A program made the translations under genes and the position numbers. Shown in pieces: positions 57,834-64,000 of a stretch of DNA of 64,000 nucleotides. Under the pieces are notes generated by a model. That model ran no database searches and had not been told where the DNA came from. It saw only the letters and a program-made list of their open reading frames with translations. Numbering within the stretch: the first letter of the stretch is position 1; each line of letters starts with the position of its first letter. The DNA is from Polyangiaceae bacterium. GTDB lineage: Bacteria > Myxococcota_A > Polyangia > Polyangiales > Polyangiaceae. The stretch spans positions 64,419 through 128,418 of the forward strand of contig JBNKBE010000017.1 in NCBI GenBank assembly GCA_050287085.1. The letters are read 5' to 3'.

Positions 57834-58867
57834 CGGCTCAAGCCGACGCGACGCCTGGCCAAGAGACAGGCTTCTCCACGCAATGGGAAATCTTCACAGG
57901 AGTGGGGCCGCTCCGCATACTCACGGCAGCGAAATAGTGCACTCTTGCCATCACCGTCCAGCATCGGGCAGCGCCCCCCAGGACGTGGCAAGTGCGACCC
58001 GAGCGAAGAGACGACCACAAGCGCCTCGTGTCGACGGCGAAAGCGATCCCCAGCAGGTACCAACACGAGGTCAAATCCTTCGCGACAGCAAGCGCCACAC
58101 CGACCGCACTCAGCGGCGTCGAAACTGGATTCGAAGCGTTCACAGGCTCGCCCCTCGGCTGCAAGCTCAGGCCCCAGCTGGTCGCCACGAAAGCGACGGA
58201 CGCAATGTCCCTGCCCCGAACTCGTGGCCTGAAACCACGCGCACCCGCCACAGGTCTCGTCTGACCGTGGTGACATCAAGAAGCCAGTCAGATGCCGCTC
58301 CCGCGTGAGCGCCCACAGGTTCTTCCCGGGAGCAACGGCGCGCACCACGTCGGCAATCTGCGCGGTGCGGCGCAGGCCATCGGTCAGCGCGCGCGCGAAC
58401 GGAACTCGTTCGGAACGCACATGCCCCGCGCGCGCCAGCTCGATCGCGGGATCATCACCGTCGGCAAGAGGCTCTGCAGGAAGGGCATCCCAATACGGCC
58501 GCCAGTCCGTGGTCACCGCCATGAAGTCGCGTAGTCCGTAGGGATCTGCCAAGGCCGCCTGCAAGCGGTGGCACGCATGTTCCATCACGAGGTCGCGATC
58601 CGTCTCGTTGCACAACCCCCAGTCTCGTTCATGCAACCCCGCGGGCCCCGCGATCAGCGCGTGGCAGATCTCATGAAATACCAGCTGCGCCAGACTGTCG
58701 TCGGGGTCCAGGGTCGCGGGTGTGGCCAGAAACAGCGTGCCAGCCCCGTCCCACGTAGCATACGCGCGATCGTCACGTCGGACCTCCCAGCCTAGGTCCT
58801 CCATTACGCGGAGCCAGATCAGATCTACCGGATCGGTATATTGGTGCAATACAGGGCGGGTCGACAT
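57830..58867 (-). CDS. HExxH-domain protein fused to a C-terminal YkgJ-type cysteine cluster
   Basis: LVFHEICHALI...EHACH, CGGCAWF...C...C and CGRCGACCR...CPML...CREYAERPHSC. Start ATG 58867. Confidence 0.75.
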   Translation of the reverse strand: MSTRPVLHQYTDPVDLIWLRVMEDLGWEVRRDDRAYATWDGAGTLFLATPATLDPDDSLAQLVFHEICHALIAGPAGLHERDWGLCNETDRDLVMEHACHRLQAALADPYGLRDFMAVTTDWRPYWDALPAEPLADGDDPAIELARAGHVRSERVPFARALTDGLRRTAQIADVVRAVAPGKNLWALTRERHLTGFLMSPRSDETCGGCAWFQATSSGQGHCVRRFRGDQLGPELAAEGRACERFESSFDAAECGRCGACCREGFDLVLVPAGDRFRRRHEALVVVSSLGSHLPRPGGRCPMLDGDGKSALFRCREYAERPHSCEDFPLRGEACLLARRRVGLSR

Positions 58868-58998
58868 GGGGATGCTCGCGGCAAGCCTTAGCAGCTGCCC
58901 CACGGCTTGAAAACCAGCGCCGCCCAGCGCCGGCATCGTTCCAAAACCCTCCGTCAGTTCTGGAACAATCCAGCTCTGATCCTACACATCGAGCTAGC

Positions 58999-60372
58999 TC
59001 AACGCGGAACAGTGCCGCTGAAGGCCGAACCGGAAGGCTGACGGGTGCGCAGTCGCATGACGTAGTCCCGCGGTGCCATTCCAACGAGACGTCGAAAGAC
59101 GCGATGGAATTGTGCATAGCTCCCAAACCCTGCGTCCCGAGACGCCTCGAGCAAATTGCTTCCAGCGTCATCGATGGCCGAGAAGAAGCGGTCCAAACGC
59201 AGTCGATTCCGATACTCGACCATCGACATACCCGCCTCCGTTTTGAAAAGCCGAGCCAGGTGCCCATCGCTCAGCCCTACGCGCCGAGAAAGAGCCCCTC
59301 CGGTCAAACGCGGTTCCTCACGCAGCGTATGCATCACCGTTCTGACCGCTTCGTGCAGCTCCGTGCGCTGCGATAGGGTCTCCCAGACTGCAGCCGCTCC
59401 CGAGCCGCTAGCATCAGCACGGCGGAGACCTGGCATCTCGGAATGCGAGTGGGTCTCCAGCGCCGAGTGAGCGTATCCGGGGTAATGCCTCTCCGAATCC
59501 ATGGCCCCATACGCGGCATACGCGGCCGAGCCCGACCCCGGGAAAGCCTCCGTTGGAGGCGACTCAAGCGGCGCCCCCCCGTGCCTTTCGTTCGCGCCCA
59601 GATAGCCAATTGAATAGCGGGACAGGTAGACCGCAAGGCGCGAAGCAAAAAGCGCGAGCGCGTGTTGCTGCGCGCCGTCTACCGCCGCCCCCGTCAGTGC
59701 GCTGTCGTTGTAGATAAGGCCCACGGGGTTGGGGCCCGAGACCAATGGCGTCATGGCCACCCACCCGTGTCGAAACACCGATGAGCCGAACGCGGAATGC
59801 TCGACCAGCGGTGCGTCTGTCGCCACAAAGTAGGCTCCAGCTCCCGCAAAAAACTGCTGATGAGCATGTTGCTCCAGACGTCCCGCTGCATAGACGACGT
59901 GCCGTTCGTCGGTTGTGCGCCCGTAGCGATCGGTCCCGAACGTTCCCGTCAGCATTGAGTCGCGGTAAAGGTAGATAGCGGCGCGCTCCACCCCGAGCCG
60001 AGTGCGCAGAATCTGAAGAGCCGAGTAGCAGAGATGAGGCGCCGAATGCCCGGCGGCAGCAGCTTGATCCAGCTCCGCCAATGCCGAAGCCAACGCTGGC
60101 GGCTGGGGCCAAGCGCCCCCACCCGCGCCTCCGTAGGACGATGAGCCCCGCTCGATGGGTTCTGCGCCGGAGGGCAACTCAGCGGCCGCCAACACGTCCT
60201 CCGGAAAACACACGTGCTCCGCGTTCGCGCGGCGCGAAAGATGGGGGCCCCACACATCGTGCAGCGGATCTACCAGCGGCTGGTTTGCGTGGAGGTCGTT
60301 GACCGAGGTCGTTGGAACAAGAGCACCGATGTCCATTGCGGCGCCATGGAACACCGAGAACGGGCAGATCAC
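58999..60372 (-). CDS. AraC-family transcriptional regulator with GAF-like sensor domain
   Basis: C-terminal LSRRVGLSDGHLARLFK...YRNRLRL...ASRDAGFGSYAQFHRVF. GAF-like LGVERAAIYL...TPLVSGPNPVGLIYNDS. Start uncertain. Confidence 0.85.
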   Translation of the reverse strand: MICPFSVFHGAAMDIGALVPTTSVNDLHANQPLVDPLHDVWGPHLSRRANAEHVCFPEDVLAAAELPSGAEPIERGSSSYGGAGGGAWPQPPALASALAELDQAAAAGHSAPHLCYSALQILRTRLGVERAAIYLYRDSMLTGTFGTDRYGRTTDERHVVYAAGRLEQHAHQQFFAGAGAYFVATDAPLVEHSAFGSSVFRHGWVAMTPLVSGPNPVGLIYNDSALTGAAVDGAQQHALALFASRLAVYLSRYSIGYLGANERHGGAPLESPPTEAFPGSGSAAYAAYGAMDSERHYPGYAHSALETHSHSEMPGLRRADASGSGAAAVWETLSQRTELHEAVRTVMHTLREEPRLTGGALSRRVGLSDGHLARLFKTEAGMSMVEYRNRLRLDRFFSAIDDAGSNLLEASRDAGFGSYAQFHRVFRRLVGMAPRDYVMRLRTRQPSGSAFSGTVPR

Positions 60373-60426
60373 CGTTCGATCAGTCTTTCTTACAGCAGAA
60401 CGGCTGTTCGCCTATTTAGCCACACC

Positions 60427-63400
60427 CTAACTAGATTCATTTGACGAATTCGGGTCCATCCGTGCCTCCTCAGACGTCTGGCATGACGCAAGTCGGGCCA
60501 AATTCGGCAGATGGGCCGCAGTAACGGGACCACCGTCCGCACGCGCCCGAGCCTCCGAGATGAGGGTCACGAGCTCCCTGACGTTCCCGGGGAAGGGATA
60601 TTGGAGCAATTGCCGCAGAAGTGCCCGCGTGGGCTCGCCCGCCGGGGACCCCGCGCCCGCCTCGCTCATCCACCCGCGCCACAACCGCGCCACCAAGAGC
60701 TCCAGATCGGCCGTGCGCTCGCGCAGCGGCGGATGCGTCAACGTGCACGAAAACAGCTCGCGAAGCTCCGGTGTCAGGCCCGCACGGCTGGCTGTCGCAA
60801 GGAGTCGGGGACTGATATTGCTGGCCGCCGCCGGTCCCGACGAGGCCCGAAATGCTGCGGCCAAGTCGCCTTGTAGCTCGGGCACCAGCCGGTCGACGTG
60901 TCGAAGCAGTAGCCCCGCGCCTGCGGCTCTGGCGAACGCCCCTTGCTCACCAAGCAGCTCCGCCCGCTGCTCATTGGCCCCTCCCACGCCGCAATCATAC
61001 TCGACCAGCGGTGTTGTACGCCGCGCACTGACCCCGTGGATCTGACGGCAGAGCCAGGCTTTGCCAGCGCCCGCCTCACCGTACACCACCACGGGAATAT
61101 CGTCGGCGACCAACTCCATCAGACGCGGCGCCAAGCGCCGCATCGCATCCGATTCGAGTACCAGCTCGGGAAACGCATCACGCGCGCCCAACACCGCCTC
61201 AAGGAGCGTGTTCTTTTCCTGCTGAGCCGCCAGCAGGTTCGTCAACCGGACCACGTCTGCGCTTGCGGCTGTGGTCTCCACATCGACGGCAACGGCCTCC
61301 TCGGAGCGCCCCCGGGTGGCTGCTTTCGCCACCTCGCGGAGTGCTCGACATTGCTCTCTCCAGCAGAGCACGTCGGCCTCGATGGCTGCGTTGACGCGCG
61401 CAGCCTTTTCGAGTTGCTCCTCGCGCAAGCGGCAGAGGGTGGCAAACTCGGTCACTTGTCGTTGCAGCAGTTCGACCGACGTTTCCGAAACTCGGAGCTC
61501 CCCGCGCACCACAGCCAGCTCCTCGCTCACGTCGACCCCGGCACCGGCAGCCAATGCCTCCGCAAAGGAGAGCGGCGCCCGACCCGAAAGCCGGACCTCG
61601 GCATCCCCCTCAACGCTCAACGCGGCGCCGGAGTCTGCCTCCGGCGCTTCGTCACCAGGTGTTGTATCCAAACCAAGGGCACCCCAGCATGCTTGCTCGC
61701 GTTCCGATGGCAACCCATCGAACAGCCCCTTCGCGGCAGCATGGGCGGCGTCCGCGTTTATCCGAGCCTCATCCTTTGCCCCGCGCTCCGCCGCCGCGAC
61801 GGCCAAGGCAGAGTACAAGTGCACAAGCAACAGCGGTTCGTCCGCCTGCGACACCCAATCCTCCAGGCGCTTCTTCCAATTTGCCCGGTGCTCAATGCCG
61901 ATCGGACTCGAGCACCGCGCCAACGCGACCAGTAGCTCCGACGCACATTCTCCACCAAGCTGGCAGAGCAGGGCCTCACCCGAAAGAGTTCCCATCTCGT
62001 CCAATAGAGCGGCTGCGTCTTCGACGCGATCGAGCATGAGCAGAGTGAGCGCTCGTTCCGCCCCGCGCTGCAGCGCCGTTGGGTCCGCGGCATCCGACGC
62101 GGCAGCGGCAGAATCCAATACCTCGAGCGCGGCTTCCGCATCCCCGAGCCTCCGATAGGCTCGAGCTGCGAGCAATGGAGCCGTACGCAACCAAGTGCCA
62201 ACCCCGGCGAGCAGACGAACGCCGCCTTCGTAGCGCAACAGCGCGCCCTCGGGCCGTCCCATCAGAAGCTCCAACTGGATTGCTAGCTCCTGGATGCTCG
62301 CCAGCACGTTGGGCGCCCCGCAGGCACGCGCTCTGAGCGTCGCTTCCTCAACCACCTGCTCAGCTTCCACGAGGGGGCCATGGCGTACTAGCAAGCGCAG
62401 CAGTTCGCAGCTCGCAGCTAGCTGGCAAGCGTGCGCGCCTTGCGCGTCATACGCAGCGCGCAGCAGCCGCCGTGCGTCAGCAACGTCGCCCGCCTCTATT
62501 GCCAAGGCGCTACGGGCCAAAGCCACTTCGATCGCCACGCTTCCCAGCGTCTCCAGATTCAGCGTCGAGAGCACCTCCTCGGCCTTCGGGCGATCCCCCC
62601 GACCGAAGAGCGCAAGACCGTACTCCGCATCGAGTTCGGGTTGAACTTGCTCCCGTGCACCGGTGCGTGCCCTTTCGCACAACGAGCAAGCGGCGTCCCA
62701 ACGTCCGAGCTTGCGATGTATGGAGCTCATGACAAGCGCCGCTTGGAGCACGGGAGCTACACCACACCACGGCGCAAGCGACGCCTCAGCCCCTTCCATG
62801 TCACCTAGCTTGAGCTGACATAACGCTGCCTCCACCGAAATGGATACGCATTGCACGGACTCGGCGGCCACCGTGAGCAGTTCCTGCTCCGGATGGAGGC
62901 GCCGCCAAACCCGCAGACCGACAATGCGGTCGTCGAGACGGCTTCCCGCTTTCGCGAGCTGGCGCGCGGCGGCGAAGGCTTGGGCACTGCGGTCGTCGGC
63001 ATCGGCGGCAAGCTGCTGCCGCGCCGCGTCGAAGCGGCCACACGTCGTCTCCAACCACAGGCATGAGCCAAGACCATCAGCGCTGTCGAGCACGCTGTCG
63101 CACAACGCATCGCGCGAGGCATCGTCGAGCCGGAGCAGAACCGACTCCGGACGCAGCTGCGGATCCAAGCGCCAACGGTCTCCGTCGGCCCACAACCACC
63201 CCGATGCAAATAGACGGGGACAGACTTCTCCTCCCAGAGCGTTCAATACCGCTTCGCGCGGGGCGCACCCTTGATAAGCCGCAACCGTACCCACACACTG
63301 ACGTTCGACAGACGTCAGCTCCCCCCAAGACACGAGACGCGAGCGCTCCCACGCAGCGGCTTCGGCCGCATGCCCCATCAACGCAGCGCGTAGTGGCGCC

Positions 63401-64000
63401 ACCTGGCCATGAGTGCGCTGATACAAAGCCTCGATGGAGTCGGGTCGCAGGGCCCCTTCGACCCACGTGGCGATCTCTTCTTCGCACAACGCCTTGGGCG
63501 AGAACTCCGCCACACGCAAGTTGGACGCCAGGAGCGGACAAGAGCTAACTGGCGGCGCCCAAACCAACGCAATCGCCTTGCCCAGCGCAGCGGTCTCGAG
63601 CGTCGACAGCAGACGCCTGAGTTCTGCCGATGACGCCCCCAAATGCATGTCGACGACACACACAACGCAGCGACCCGACGCTTGCTGAGCCTCCAGCGCG
63701 TCAAGCTGCTGCGCAACCGAGGCGCCGCCGGCTTCGAACTCGGGGGCCCTTTCGCGCATCCGCAATCGAAGCTGTCGGTTCAGGTGCTCAGCCAAGCCTG
63801 GGGGCGGCTCAGTCGCCTGCCATTGAACCCATCCAAGCGCCGACACGCCCAACTCGACGGTGTCCGCTACGAAGCGAGCCAGTTCTTCAAGAACTCCATG
63901 AAACTGCTGGGGACGTTCGGCCAGTAGCCACGGGGCAACGACCGGTGCGCCACCACCGGCCAGTCGCTGCACTTCAGCCAGCACGTGCTCTGAGCTGTCG
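60427..64000 (-). CDS. Large helical-repeat/coiled-coil protein with C-terminal degenerate sigma54-interaction (AAA+) domain; 5' end outside the window
   Basis: The frame is open to the window edge. It carries VVYGEAGAGK, PPLRERTADL and YPFPGNVREL but lacks GAFTGA and the Walker B DE. Confidence 0.7.
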   Translation of the reverse strand, partial: DSSEHVLAEVQRLAGGGAPVVAPWLLAERPQQFHGVLEELARFVADTVELGVSALGWVQWQATEPPPGLAEHLNRQLRLRMRERAPEFEAGGASVAQQLDALEAQQASGRCVVCVVDMHLGASSAELRRLLSTLETAALGKAIALVWAPPVSSCPLLASNLRVAEFSPKALCEEEIATWVEGALRPDSIEALYQRTHGQVAPLRAALMGHAAEAAAWERSRLVSWGELTSVERQCVGTVAAYQGCAPREAVLNALGGEVCPRLFASGWLWADGDRWRLDPQLRPESVLLRLDDASRDALCDSVLDSADGLGSCLWLETTCGRFDAARQQLAADADDRSAQAFAAARQLAKAGSRLDDRIVGLRVWRRLHPEQELLTVAAESVQCVSISVEAALCQLKLGDMEGAEASLAPWCGVAPVLQAALVMSSIHRKLGRWDAACSLCERARTGAREQVQPELDAEYGLALFGRGDRPKAEEVLSTLNLETLGSVAIEVALARSALAIEAGDVADARRLLRAAYDAQGAHACQLAASCELLRLLVRHGPLVEAEQVVEEATLRARACGAPNVLASIQELAIQLELLMGRPEGALLRYEGGVRLLAGVGTWLRTAPLLAARAYRRLGDAEAALEVLDSAAAASDAADPTALQRGAERALTLLMLDRVEDAAALLDEMGTLSGEALLCQLGGECASELLVALARCSSPIGIEHRANWKKRLEDWVSQADEPLLLVHLYSALAVAAAERGAKDEARINADAAHAAAKGLFDGLPSEREQACWGALGLDTTPGDEAPEADSGAALSVEGDAEVRLSGRAPLSFAEALAAGAGVDVSEELAVVRGELRVSETSVELLQRQVTEFATLCRLREEQLEKAARVNAAIEADVLCWREQCRALREVAKAATRGRSEEAVAVDVETTAASADVVRLTNLLAAQQEKNTLLEAVLGARDAFPELVLESDAMRRLAPRLMELVADDIPVVVYGEAGAGKAWLCRQIHGVSARRTTPLVEYDCGVGGANEQRAELLGEQGAFARAAGAGLLLRHVDRLVPELQGDLAAAFRASSGPAAASNISPRLLATASRAGLTPELRELFSCTLTHPPLRERTADLELLVARLWRGWMSEAGAGSPAGEPTRALLRQLLQYPFPGNVRELVTLISEARARADGGPVTAAHLPNLARLASCQTSEEARMDPNSSNESS

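Overview
GC-rich bacterial chromosomal segment, very likely from a myxobacterium (Polyangiales-like; inferred from a MYXO-CTERM-type surface protein, giant TPR/pseudokinase proteins, a GYF_2-like protein and many Cys-rich lipoproteins). In order, it holds: the end of a carotenoid operon (crtY-crtE-crtI-crtB plus a coupled uncharacterised membrane protein), a beta-propeller lipoprotein, a di-haem cytochrome c, a HAD hydrolase, a sugar-binding hybrid histidine kinase facing a GH1 beta-glucosidase/REC-HD-GYP pair, an orphan atypical ketosynthase, a ~2000-aa pseudokinase-TPR protein, a double-HTH regulator, a CxxCH lipoprotein/Tat DUF1501-like pair, FdhF/YdeP-FdhD, an EEP-family enzyme with a putative barrel protein, a TPMT-like methyltransferase, a large FG-GAP adhesin, glyA, aspS, a cystathionine gamma-synthase, several hypotheticals, a GAF-AraC regulator and a truncated giant protein with a degenerate sigma54-activator domain. 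Non-coding signals read directly from the sequence are a ~104-bp dispersed repeat in two copies, a TA-flanked MITE-like foldback element with a tandem partial copy, and a candidate ~95-nt sRNA. The best candidates for undescribed biology are the crt-coupled membrane protein with a duplicated D/E-x3-H motif, the sugar-sensing phosphorelay to a c-di-GMP phosphodiesterase, and the sRNA. No rRNA, tRNA, CRISPR array, transposase or prophage gene was recognised. All family calls come from motif recognition by eye, not from database searches.
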